Assembly (NCBI GenBank): GCA_040285855.1 | Contig: JAUFOQ010000004.1 | Location: forward strand, 2,790,001-2,818,101 | Direction: 5' to 3' | Source: Eukaryota sp. GEM-RC1 | Taxonomy: Eukaryota | Length of the DNA stretch: 28,101 nt | Part shown: positions 1 to 13,139 of the stretch, one piece after another | Position numbering within the stretch: the first letter of the stretch is position 1 | Layout of the letters: each line of letters starts with the position of its first letter | Translations under genes and position numbers: made by a program | Notes under the pieces: generated by a model | What the model was told of the DNA's origin: nothing | The model's input: the letters and a program-made list of their open reading frames with translations, nothing else | Databases searched by the model: none

Positions 1-479
1 GTGGAGGGAAAAACTTAATATTTGAATTTAGTCAGAGATATCCTGGCAAATTGTGTCTTCTAGAATCGTTAAACAGTTTCTATTTGAATAGTCTTCGTAA
101 AGAAGTCAGTTAGTCCAGAAGTTTGGTCCACTTGTTTTCCGAGAGAAATTCAGGATCTCCCAGAAAGAAGTTTGGTTTCTTTGAGATTTGCTCTAAAAAA
201 GCTTCAGCATCATCTTTCGAAACATTTTGAAAGTTTGGATTTTGTTGTTCGCATTAGCTCGGCTAAACAAACTAATCCTACTTTCGCTAATTTTCTGTTA
301 GATTTACAGGATAGCTCTGCATCAGCTTTCCTCAATCAAATTCCGCAAATTTACGGATTGTTACTAGATGATCATCAGTGGACCACTACAATGCGTTTAA
401 GATGCTTTTATGGCCTCATAATCTACCCAATGATTGTTACTGCAAATGTGAACAATTGGTAACGTTATCTCATTATTAT
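1..479 (+). mobile_element. Degraded fragment of RLE-type non-LTR retrotransposon (post-RT linker to zinc knuckle)
   Basis: Translation (GGKNLIFEFSQRYP...SLRFALKKLQHHL...QIPQIYGLLLDDHQWTTTMRLRC) is clearly homologous to ~15660-16150 of the larger copy in this window. It has stops/frameshifts and runs off the window start. Confidence 0.9.
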
Positions 480-727
480 TAGGTATTCTGCAAAAATGCC
501 GATCTCGGGTGTTGGTTTTTCTTACTAAAAATTCGGACGACTAAAGTGGATGTAATTGCATAATGGATGAACTAACTAAAATTCAATACCATCAAATCCA
601 AATTCCCTATTTCAGCCACTTGCCCACGTACAAACTGTCGTTTTTTGTCGAATACAGTATAATTTATTGTATATTGATTTTGCAGTTCTTCCATTCAAAT
701 GAAGCCCAAAAGTACATATATCAATAC

Positions 728-1237
728 CATACCTAGGCATGACATCATGACGTCATGGCAAATTCGTGTCATGACAACCCGCCATGACGTCATGACGACA
801 TTGTGTTATTTTGTGAAGTATTATGACATAGCATTAAATACATCTGAATCAAATGAATCTTTTGTCGCCCGACATTTTCCAAACAACATTTCTTCCTTAA
901 TACAGTTACATTCTGACATTATCTGATATTCCATGTTTATATGCACAATCTTTAGTTTAAATGACATATTGATGATGATGATGTAATTATATCACAACAA
1001 ATGAATCCCAAACTCGTGCTGGTGCAAAAGATTATTCAGTGAGGTCCTTAGCGGTATAAGAACTGAAAATATTGTGGAAATGAAGAAGAAAAAGATTATT
1101 CATACATGTACTAGTAGACTATTGTTGAATAACTATCAATAAATATTGGAAATTGTCATACTGTTATGTCATATTGTCATGTCATGGAGTGTCATGACGT
1201 CATGACAGAATTCAATTTGTTGTCATGCCCAGGCATG
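728..1237. mobile_element. hAT-type MITE (510 bp)
   Basis: TIRs CATACCTAGGCATGACA / revcomp CATGCCTGGGCATGACA. Perfect 8-bp TSD ATCAATAC (720-727, 1238-1245). Clustered subterminal (GT)CATGAC repeats. Confidence 0.9.
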
Positions 1238-1679
1238 ATCAATACTCACGGCTTCTCAAATACACTCCATTAATAGAACAGTAGGTGAAACAGTTTGAAC
1301 ATAGTTTTTGAGGTCATCTGCATGTACTTTGAGGTACTCTACAACAGAAGACTCAATTCGTGGATAAAATTGTTTTTGAAGAGTACTACTGTACTAATAC
1401 ATGTAATACATGTACCTGCATTCAATGTAGTTTCCATCAATTGATTTCTATCAATCAGACACTGTCTTTTGTACCTGGAAATATGGAGAAGTTCTACTAA
1501 GTAGTAGAGTACATTTCAGCTGTTTCATGTTTCCTACGAATCATGTACTTGAAGAACAGTATACTGGTATCTACACAAAATGATAAACCACAAGCAAATC
1601 GATTTTACAGTTTAATATTTTAGTTCTATAAGTAAAAACAAAACTTGAAGGGGGGAACAGTCACTTAAAATTGTACAGT

Positions 1680-3875
<2,196 letters not shown>

Positions 3876-4429
3876 AATTTTTAAATGTGTAAATGTATTT
3901 ATTGTTGAACTAATATAAAGTCATCCTTTCTGTTTCATTTATAACCATACAAATTCATTGAACACTGTCTTTTGTTTGATCATCACCCCTTTGAGATATT
4001 ATAGATGCTGAGTAATTCAACAGAAAGAATATTGTACGGTTCAACTCTGCCAAACGAACAGTCGTTCTAGAACAATTTTCACATATTCTGTCTTCCGTTT
4101 CAAATGGAAATGATTTGGAATGCTCAACGAAGATGAGGATTAGTCGGCTCAAATTATTGATGATACTCATTCTTTTCTAGTATATATTTATTGACAACAA
4201 CAATACATGTACGGTGTACATACAGCTATTAATCAAAATCCTTAAAGTCCAGATTGCCTATCTGGAAATTCTCACCTACCTTAACCTCGTAATGTCTGCC
4301 AAGAGATAATAAAGCGCTAGATATAGAAGTCACCATACCCTTAAAGATAGCAAACACAATTCGATTTTTCCAAAATCTAAGATCAAAAGTCATAGATGTT
4401 TTTTTTACAATCTTCACATAGATTTCAAG

Positions 4430-5329
4430 CATACTTGGGTATCCCACATTTTTGCATTTTGTGATACATGTGAATCACACATATCACATCACAACATCAC
4501 ATCACAGTGTGATTTGTGTGATAATTGAGGTGTATCACATCACAAACACAGCTAATACTGATGTTACTCAATAGAACCAAACATAAACAATCTTGAAGTG
4601 TAATATCTACTAGATATGAGGGCTTTTGGATTTTGGATCTCCACCAAGCCTTATAATTATGGATTGTGATTGAGGAACACAGTCAAAAGAATCCAGTCAT
4701 CCTAAATTATTAAACTGAATTGAAGGAAACTTCTGTTGTTAATCAAATCAAATGCAGCAGGTATCCGGTCTATTGTTAACTGACTTCAATGTAGCTGTGG
4801 AAACCCAAGATAAGTACAAAAATCCATTGATGACTCTTAAAGATGTGAAACGTGTTGAATATGAAAAATATCCTATGGATATATCAATTTACGATCGTTT
4901 AGGCAAAAGTGGACTCAATTTTCTAAATGATGCCGAAAAAATCGTAAAAATAGAATGAGCAACTAGCACCGTTTTGATTGTGTGTTTGTATAGATTGTGT
5001 GTTTGTAACACAATTCAACGAATCGTCATTAAAGCTTTACTATCAGTGAGTTCCTTTTTGGAGTAAATAACTGTGACAGTGTGACAAACAGGACAAAATG
5101 TAAATGTGACCTCTTACATTATTTCTGATTGCGTCATATACATCGTTCAAAAATACACACATAATGGTAAGAGTTGCTCAAGTTTATTCTTCAATTAGAA
5201 TAAAACACAAAATTTTGATACTCACAAGCATCACAAAAATCACTCACAAATCAGTCTTTTTGTGATACCTGTGAATCACAAATATCACTCACAAATATCA
5301 CATCACAAAAAGTGTGATACCCAAGTATG
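4430..5329. mobile_element. hAT-type non-autonomous element (900 bp) containing a retrotransposon fragment
   Basis: TIRs CATACTTGGGTATC at both ends. Perfect 8-bp TSD ATTTCAAG (4422-4429, 5330-5337). ATCAC subterminal repeats. Excision rejoins the retroelement reading frame. Confidence 0.92.
4810..5120 (+). mobile_element. 3' fragment of RLE retrotransposon inside the MITE
   Basis: KYKNPLMTLKDVKRVEYEKYPMDISIYDRLG aligns to KYDEPLTALKHIRHVEYKLCPFAISIYGRLG of the 14800-16815 element. Boundaries are approximate. Confidence 0.8.
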
Positions 5330-5928
5330 ATTTCAAGTAATGATGTGGCCGATTCACCTAAAAAACCGGACAGTGAAAATACAAAAGGGTACAACAAGTA
5401 ATTCGAGTGTGAAGCCGAATTCAATAATTTCAATTTAGCACAATATTTTTTCTTTTTTAAATTTTTCACCAATCAACAGAGGGTTTTTAGCCTTAGGTTT
5501 AGCAAGTTTCTTGTTGGAACCATTACAAACGTCGATAGACATAACAACAGCAATAATGAATGATTCATCGAGACCAGGAAATATGTTATATCATGCCTGT
5601 CTCCCGTAGTGTTGTTGTCAATAAAATAAAAATATTTAAAAAAAACTTTCAAAATATTTTTATAAATGATTTTGTAGCTTCTTTAAAGCAAATTTTAAAG
5701 CCCAAATGTTTAGACATGGAATTTCTTTGATATCAACAGGAAAGCAAGATGACCATAACTCAGGAGAAAGATTTCCTATTTCACCACGGAGATGATTCCA
5801 AACAAATAGAAGATTCTTGAGACATTTTAGAAACATTCCCAAGCCCACATCCTAGTAGAAGAAGAGCGTCTTCAACATAATTGATAAATGGAATGTGAAC
5901 TCTATTAAGAAATATTTCTTGTGCAGAT

Positions 5929-6535
5929 CAATGTGCGCAAATCTTTGGTACGTACGGTACGGATCGGTACGTACCGATTTTGTTTATCCGTACCGGTGTG
6001 ACTTGATTTTATTTGAAGCCTATTTATGAATGACCTAAAATGATTTACAAATACAAATTTTGGAGTGGAGGTTTATTCCCTCGTCAAACATAGTACTATT
6101 GCAATTGGCTTCTGTGCATTCTAATAGTTTAGACACAAAATTTTTTGGGTTTTTGGGCTCTTTGTTATGGTACTTTTCGTAGTACTCACTCGTTTGTTAC
6201 ATTGTAAGTTGAAGATGATATTGTTGTTGATTTTATGTGATTCTTGAGCTTCGTGTGAACTAATGTCATTTTGGAAAAGTTGTGGTCATCAATGATGTAC
6301 CCCAAATTTGACTGAGTGTGACAATCACGTTATTGATATCCTGAGCAATGTCTAACAGTTGAACACATGACGATGGTAACTGTTAAAATCTCACATTGGA
6401 TCATCACGTTGAAGAAATAATAATGTATTTTAGTCGGTCAAAAGTACAGTACCGGTACACGTACCGTACGTCCGTACGTACGGTATGGTACGGTACGCCG
6501 AAAATCGCTCCGGTACGGAACATTTGCGTTCCATG
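5929..6535. mobile_element. hAT-type MITE (607 bp)
   Basis: Perfect 8-bp TSD GTGCAGAT (5921-5928, 6536-6543). Imperfect TIRs CAATGTGCGCAAAT / revcomp CATGGAACGCAAAT. GTACG/CGTAC subterminal repeats. Confidence 0.88.
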
Positions 6536-6748
6536 GTGCAGATCTACCAATTATGTATTAAACATTTGTCTGGGTTCAGTGATAAACCTAATGTTTCTTA
6601 AATATCAGCAACTTAATCATATTCATGGTCTATCAAAAATGTATTGCATATACAACCTTCCCTGTAAATATAATCAGGTATCGGTCTGGTTATACAATGA
6701 AATGGGAGTGTAGACTGTATTGTAGATCCAGAATTTATTGGAATTCAG

Positions 6749-7351
6749 CTAAGTTACAGAGTGCGATGTGTTTTTGCTTGGTCTGTGCGCACTGAGTACA
6801 AGTGCGAGTGCGAGCTGAGTGCAATACAACAAGTTACAGTGTATTTTAGCAATTGTAGTTTTATAGTGTGTACGTTGGTACACCAAAGACACTGTTTGCT
6901 TAAGAATCATTTTTTCTCGATTTTAATGTCGCAATTCACTCAATGAGTGACAATGAGCAGACTGACTGTTCGTCTGAATTCAATTTCAGTGACTTCTATG
7001 ACAGAATTCGTCACTCTTTCAAACTAAAAGCGAAACACCTCTTCATTGCTAATAACGCTACAAAATACCTGCACTCTGTGCAACTTTTATCGTATTAACA
7101 GTAATGGTTATAACTTATAAGTTTGAAATATTTCAGTTCCAATTTGTTCAGCTATGAGATACAAGTTCACTACAAGTTTGCGTTTTATTATAGTCAGAAG
7201 CAGGTTGCATCAACGCAGCATCAAAATGAATATTAGAATACTGTATTCAATCACAACGCTGAGGTATTGCTTTCAAGAATTGGCAAAAGACAGTCAACAT
7301 AAAGTGAGTGCGGTAACTCACTTCGCACTGAGTGCGTACTCGGTAAATTAG
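6749..7351. mobile_element. MITE with 8-bp TSD (603 bp), probably hAT-type
   Basis: TIRs CTAAGTTACAGAGT / revcomp CTAATTTACCGAGT. TSD GAATTCAG (6741-6748) vs GAATTTAG (7352-7359), a 7/8 match. GAGTGCG/CGCAC subterminal repeats. Confidence 0.75.
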
Positions 7352-7733
7352 GAATTTAGTATGACAATACTCCATTCATTTGCAACCAATTCTAACCTCT
7401 TATACCACTATTTTATTGAACACATGGTCATCGATCTGGATCATCTAATATGGTCACTTTCTAATTAATTTTATTTCGACAAAACTAATGTCGTTTGACA
7501 GAAGGGAATAGTTGGTTGAGTATAGTTATTTACTCTAAAAAATCGGTACCCCTTTACTCTAATTGATGACTTTCTGGTCTTTAGTGAGATTCCAGAATAT
7601 AAGTACAGTAAACGGTTTAATTTGTCGGGATTTAAATTAGTCTGGTCCAGACTAATTCATATGTATCAAAAATAAAAAATGTTCAATTTTAATTTTATTT
7701 GAAGACACCTACTTACCGCATACATGTACAATG

Positions 7734-8496
7734 CAGGGCCTGGTAAAAAATATTTGTATTTAAATATTTGAAATAAATATAGTTAAAATATTTATTTTCT
7801 CCAGAAGACAAGTTCCAATATTTGTTTTTCCGTATGGAAAATAAAAAAATATTTTTATACGTGTTTCATGGCTACTTTCCGGGTTGTAATACTTACACTG
7901 CTGAAGATTCCAACATCCTTCACTCAATCTCATTTGAGACAGGTTTTGTGAAAGTGTTGAAAGGCAGATAAAATGAGTTAATCGAGGATGAACGACAGTC
8001 TTTAGTTAGATTTGAAAGAGAGCCCTGTAATCCTCAATTGAGCCAAGTGAACTTCGATATTGTGTCCCAATTGAATGAGTCTGCCAACCGTATGTCCAAT
8101 GCTTCTCGCTACATTAACCTCTCTTTCATTCCCGGGACTTCGAATGAGTGCGAGAGATTATTCTCTGCAGTGCGCCGAACAATTGGTGAGCATCGCTTTG
8201 GTCTCACAGGTGGATCGTTGGAAAACAACTTTTCCTTCATTACAACCGGTCCTGGTGGAGCTCCCAAACAGTTAGAGCTGTAATGAGGAAGATCAACCCT
8301 TGTGAAAGTGTCATTGATCTAATTGATTAGTTATTAGATTAGTTGTTTAATAAAAATAGTTTCTTGTCTGTTTCAAGTATGAACAAAAAATATTTAAATA
8401 TTTTTCATATTTATTTATCCAAAATAAATATCGTATCTATTTATTTTTGAGCAAAAGTTTGGTTTATTTTATTTAAATATTTTTTACCACCCCCTG
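7734..8496 (+). mobile_element. Internally deleted hAT transposon with transposase C-terminal remnant
   Basis: TIRs CAGGGCCTGGTAAAAAATATTT / revcomp CAGGGGGTGGTAAAAAATATTT. Perfect TSD GTACAATG (7726-7733, 8497-8504). Internal YINLSFIPGTSNECERLFS..R..L corresponds to the hAT dimerisation-domain motif. Confidence 0.92.
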
Positions 8497-8762
8497 GTAC
8501 AATGTACACTAACCAAAAATATACCAATTTTATCAAAATTAGTCTGGATTTTGAACAACATCTCCACCAACGTTAGTAAAAGACTGGTACCATACCGCTG
8601 CTATTGAGTTGACATTTAAATTCACCATCACATGGTTCTACGATCCCCTATCTTAAATGGTTTCGCGAGATATTTTCGTTTGTTCTTGTATCATCATTTC
8701 TCTTTTTGGCGTCAAGAAACTCTTCTTGTTTGACAATAAATCAACAGTCATCTCAGTTTTAA

Positions 8763-10007
8763 TATTACTTAACCACGGACGGAGACTCAGAGTCCAACTT
8801 TGGCCCAGAAACTTCTTTTCTTGGTATTGATCTTCTGGGTGATGATACGTGGCTAGAATCTTCCCATATAAATTTTGGACATCACTTGATAGCACAACAG
8901 TATCCGTTTGCTGTAGAAATTATAGGAGATTTCGACCCTATGGAGTTTGGCAGCGCTATACGAGACCAGGATAATTTGACTGATGTTTCTGCAACCATTA
9001 AATCTAAAAATGTTGGTAAAGTGTTAGTAGTAATGCCTATTAATGATGCTATAACTGCAATATTTCCTGGATGTCATTGGGCACTTGCTACTTACAATTT
9101 TGCTTTGAATCATTTGTATTTCGCAGATTCCCTTAAGGGAAAACTTTTCTTAACTTTAACCAAAGATCATGTAGCACGTGCTAGCAATCATTTTCATCCT
9201 CACAATCTAAGTGTACCACAACAAATCTGGAATTTTGTTTTATATGTGATTGAAACCTTGTATAAAAGCATCAATAACCAAGTTTTGAATGCAGATGATC
9301 TGAAATATAAGCTTCCAGGATTGGAGGAGAAAGTACAATCACTGCAAAAATTAGTCAATAACAAAGATCCAAAAACTGAGACAAAACATTTAGAAAAGGC
9401 ACAGAATGACTATCAAAATGACATCAAAGTTTTACACAGCATACAACGATAAAAGATTCCCTCATCACAGACTTGCCTTCTTTAGTTTCTACTCTTTCCT
9501 ACGAACTAGTCGATCTCGCCCGAGTGTCATTATGGACAAAACGAGACAACCGTACTGAATCTAGGCTTAAGTCATTGTACCGCATTCACCACATGTCAAT
9601 TCGACTATCTTATCAAACTGTTGATCCCACAGTATACAGGAATATGTTAATTAAGGAAATAAGGAAGTACCTAGGGTTACCTACTGAAGTTCATTCAAGC
9701 CCTTCTCAACAAAGTCGATACATCACCAAAGAAATTCGACAAGCGCCAATGACTACTCCTAATCAACTTTCCAACTAAAATCGTACAAGAAAAAGAACAT
9801 CTTGTCGTCAATCTAGACAACATCTCCAAAAAGGAAGAAATCTTCTCAGAAATATCAAATTGTACAACATCAACATCGTGAAGTTCCAACACAATCTCGT
9901 CCTAGATATCTTATACTAAGATCTGATCAAATTGACACTCTGAAACCCAATGTACCGCTTCATGATTCTGTCATTGACTTTTTTGGTCAGTACATTGCTG
10001 AAAATTG
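8763..10007 (+). pseudogene. Ulp1/C48 cysteine-peptidase-like remnant (one near-complete domain plus the start of a second), likely transposon-borne
   Basis: Open frame 8763-9452 contains LLGDDTWLESSHIN, VVMPIND...GCHWAL...YFADSL and VPQQ, but lacks the downstream catalytic Cys. A second N-terminal motif LKPNVPLHDSVIDFFGQYI lies at ~9940-10000. Stops and frameshifts lie between the two. Confidence 0.65.
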
Positions 10008-10659
10008 AAAACACAAGTGTTTATTGACCCTGGAAAAACAGATTTACTCTATTTTTGTTCAGAGAAAGTAAATAGGCCATTTTCTGAATAAAAAGCGAGA
10101 AAGAAGAGACAAATAACATGAGTGGCTAAGATTGACAGAGACAGAATGGTCCAGATGGTCAAGGGTTCATCAAAAGTTTAGAAGGACAAAGAAAAAATAA
10201 TTCATTGATGGAAAAACAGTTGAACAAGAAGAGTCAACATTATCCAAAGAAAATTCAAAATGCACTTTTTAAGATTAGAGCTGTCAAATAACGTGACGAG
10301 TCATAACGCGTCATAACGTGACGCAACTTTACGTCACGTCGACGTGTACTTTTCCAAGTCACGTTACGTCAACTTACATTCTCTAAGTCGTGACCCGTCA
10401 TGACGAGTCGTGACTTAGAGCAACGAGAAACACTGTAATGACGAGTCACGACTTGATGCTACTTTCTGTGAATTGTGAGTTATTATTGGGTAAATAGCAC
10501 TGACATTGATATCATATAACAATCAAATACATTTCTTTACAAATTTAAAAGAACCAAATTTAAGACTATGTATCTAAAAATCTAACTTGTACCATGACTG
10601 CAAACTGAGAAGTGCCTGAACGATATCATCATTCAAAGATGATCGTTTTGCAGTCACAC

Positions 10660-12156
10660 GAGTGATGTCCAAAAATGAATTGCAACAGATTTTCCGTCAT
10701 TAATTGCTGAAAATATATTATTGTGATATATTACTATTTATCAATGATAAATAATTGATAGCAAAAGAAGAAAGTACTTTATTTTAATTACTGTAAGTAA
10801 GCACACACTCTAACCCAAAGACAAGTAGCTCTCACATCGTCGAACATCAAGTACTACTGTTCACGTTCAAAAGAGTTCACCACCAAGGGCAGAACGATGG
10901 AGCTCGGATCTGCGATTTGTCAGCCGAAGTTAACTTTGGGAACGACCTACAACGAGGTTCGATGTAGCTGATATGAAAAATAGATCGAAACAATCAGATG
11001 ATTGATCAGTGAAAACTGTGAAATATTGTTTTTCGTCACAGTAATAGAGACAGGAGAAAGCACGTTTTCAACAGAAGAGATACAAAAATGTTTGAAAAGA
11101 ACACTAAAATTTTTTTGTTTAAACACGAGAGAAAACAGAGGGAAGAAATTATCAAAACAATTGCAATAAATTAGGACTGTCCAGGTTCGGGTTTTGGTTA
11201 TAACCCGAACCTCTTTTCTCAGAACCTGACTGGAACCCGAACCCATTAGGTTGGAACCTGACTGGAACCTAAACCTCTTATCTTAGAACCTGACTGGAAC
11301 CCAAACCTGTGAGGTTAGAACCTGGGAACTTTTAGAACCCGACTGTAATAAGATACAATAAAACAGTTTATCGATGAAGGTCCCGAAAATTAATATCCAT
11401 ATAAAAGCCATAAAACACTAGACACATCTCTGACAGCATTATGAAGAACAGAACGAAACTGAATAAATTTGGGGTAATTCATTTCATGTCTAAAAATTGC
11501 AATGTGACGATGGGTAAATACACAATCAGAATTGTCGAGCAATTCAGCAGGAAACAAACCTCAACCTAATAGCATACAAGGAATTAGTTTTTATTTGTGT
11601 CATTAAATACTGAAGTAAAGACACCAAACCCAACTATACTTATATAACCAGTTTAATTGTGACGATGATTGGCTTGATTGATTCGGAGGAGGAATAGGCG
11701 AAGGGGAAGAGTCGACGTGACGAGGTTCTGCGTCAAGTGCATCAATATTACTCATAAGGGAAATAAATGATTTAATAATTTTTCTAATAGAACAAAGTTG
11801 AACATACTAAATGAAGGGAAAAAAGGGTTCGAGGTTCTAACCTGGAACCTTAGTGTTGGGAACCTAACTGGAACCGGAACCTTGATGTTCAGAACCTGAC
11901 TGAAACCGGAACCTCAGTGTTGGGAACCTAACTGGAACCTAACCTGGAACCTGGGTTCGAACCCAGGTTAGAACCCGAACCTGGACAGTCCTACAATAAA
12001 TACTGATACGGCGATTTGCCAATAATTAATTATTGTGATATATTAATAAAAAAAACGGGGTTTATGATCAATCAGTGAAATTGATACATTTGCAGAAATT
12101 TATGTGTATATTTATGGTAATAAATTAGGTGATAAAATATATATTTGGGATCCCTG
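10660..12156. mobile_element. TIR element B inserted in the transposase remnant of element A
   Basis: Splits the hAT dimerisation motif exactly at VVT|AKR. Flanks are GTCACAC (10653-10659) and GTCACAAC (12157-12164). Degenerate TIRs GAGTGATGTCCAAA / revcomp CAGGGATCCCAAA. Confidence 0.75.
11172..11993. mobile_element. hAT-type MITE C (822 bp), innermost insertion
   Basis: Perfect 22-bp TIR TAGGACTGTCCAGGTTCGGGTT. Perfect TSD CAATAAAT (11164-11171, 11994-12001). Many (CTGACT)GGAACC subterminal repeats. Confidence 0.95.
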
Positions 12157-13076
12157 GTCACAACTAATCCTGCTTGCGAGAATAGCTGTTCTGCTGGCAC
12201 TGAAGTGGCTTGAATACATAAATAGTCTCTAGCAATTTCCCCCCTGAGAAGATGCGTCGTTGTCACTGTCGACACAATCGTATCCATTAGATCGTCTTAG
12301 AAGAGGAGTTAAAGTTGTCTGTAGTAGCTTTCTCGTGTGCATATAAATGCAGAGGCAAACTAGAAAAAGATCAACAAATGAAAATTTTGTAAATAGTCAT
12401 GACTCGTCATAACGTGACGTGACGTGACTTCAAGTCGACTTGAATTTCTGGTAAGTCACGTCACGTCGACGTCAATTTTTCAAGTCATGACGCGTTGTGA
12501 CTCGTCATTTGACAGCCCTATTTAAGACACATTCTATGAATATGTAGGTTCCAAACTTACAGTTATTGAATCAACTTTATTGATTACTACTGTTTGATGA
12601 TATGGCGGATTCAAAAATGCAAAGATACGTCCATATTCAAAAAACAGAAAGTAAGTTGTTGAAAAATATGACTGAAAAAAGATGGAATAAAAACGACAGT
12701 GTATTGATGTTTGGTGACAATGGTAATAAGAGGCAGAACCTAAAACACCTCCGATCAAGAAGAGGTGTGGGTTGGAGAAACTTCTTTAAGAGAAATGGTT
12801 ACAATATTGTTCTTGTAGATGAGAGTTACACGTCTTCAAAGTGGACTACTAGTTGGAGGCCAGTCAAAGTGTTCAAAGAAATCAGTAATCCAAAACCATG
12901 AAAAAATAGAGAAGGAACCTCTGGTAAAGTGTCACGTTTTGTTAAGAAGCAAGTCCCAAAAATGTCGAGAAGAATGTAATGGTAGCGCCAAGATTTGGAA
13001 TCGTAACAAGTTAGCATGTATCAACATCAAGACTATTGTGGAGCGGGTTCTAGGAGTTAGACCCAGTTATTTGTCT

Positions 13077-13103
13077 TAGTCATAGTCATAGTCATAGTCA
13101 TAG
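13077..13103 (+). repeat. (TAGTCA)4 microsatellite starting at the Fanzor stop codon
   Basis: Sequence tagtcatagtcatagtcatagtcatag. Confidence 0.9.
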
Positions 13104-13139
13104 CCTAAGTGAATCTATCATTATTTTTCACTTCTCAAG

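Larger units (their letters stand above)
4188..6610 (-). mobile_element. Degraded RLE-type non-LTR retrotransposon, internally deleted and interrupted by two MITEs
   Basis: Minus-strand pieces occur in collinear order: GLSLNPDKC..IGRSAQEIFLNRVHIPFINYVEDALLLLGC (RT6-7, ~6610-5850, across MITE 5929-6535); LSPELWSSCFP..LKFALKKLQ (5848-5660); PGLDESFIIAVVMSIDVC..PFVFSLSGFLG..LLEI (5590-5330); then YVKIVKK..FWKNRIVFAIFK (4421-4229); and the 3' end TTGTTGTTGTCAATAAA near 4190. Confidence 0.85.
10276..12520 (-). mobile_element. Non-autonomous hAT element A (outer), with transposase C-terminal remnant
   Basis: TIRs TAGAGCTGTCAAAT / revcomp TAGGGCTGTCAAAT. TSD TTTAAGAT (10268-10275) vs TTTAAGAC (12521-12528). 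GTCACG/GTGACG subterminal repeats. Minus-strand IARDYLCIQATSVPAEQLFSQAGLVVT (~12240-12157) continues as AKRSSLNDDIVQALLSLQSWYKLDF* (10652-10574). Confidence 0.92.
10008..13079 (+). pseudogene. Fanzor (eukaryotic TnpB-like RuvC nuclease), Fanzor1-like, degraded and split by nested hAT elements
   Basis: 5' piece 10008-10275: VFIDPGKTDLLYFC (RuvC-I) ... IDGKTVEQEESTLSKENSK. 3' piece 12529-13079: FYEYV..K..MQRYVHIQKTESKLL..VLMFGD..GVGWRNFFKRNGYNIVLVDESYTS (RuvC-II) ..NPKP..CHVLL..WNRNKLACINI..RPSYLS (RuvC-III region, D>N). The frame is continuous across the TSD. Confidence 0.85.

Noticed and set aside
3955..4170. 71-aa minus-strand ORF downstream of FAM21
   Set aside because: Short, with no recognisable motif and no supporting splice structure.
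7590..8560. Additional element around the 7734 hAT (AATTAGTCTGG/CCAGACTAATT motifs)
   Set aside because: Repeated motifs are visible, but I could not define TIR ends or a TSD.
7960..10275. Possible TAA reassignment (in-frame TAA in several remnants; the three host genes all end in TAG)
   Set aside because: Well over a thousand codons of intact frames (FAM21, ARF, lysozyme, RT) contain no in-frame TAA. The TAAs are confined to decayed elements that also have frameshifts.
11190..11990. Regularly spaced CTGACTGGAACC repeats resembling a CRISPR-like or guide array near the Fanzor
   Set aside because: They lie inside perfect TIRs with an 8-bp TSD and cluster at both ends. They are hAT subterminal repeats with short, related spacers.
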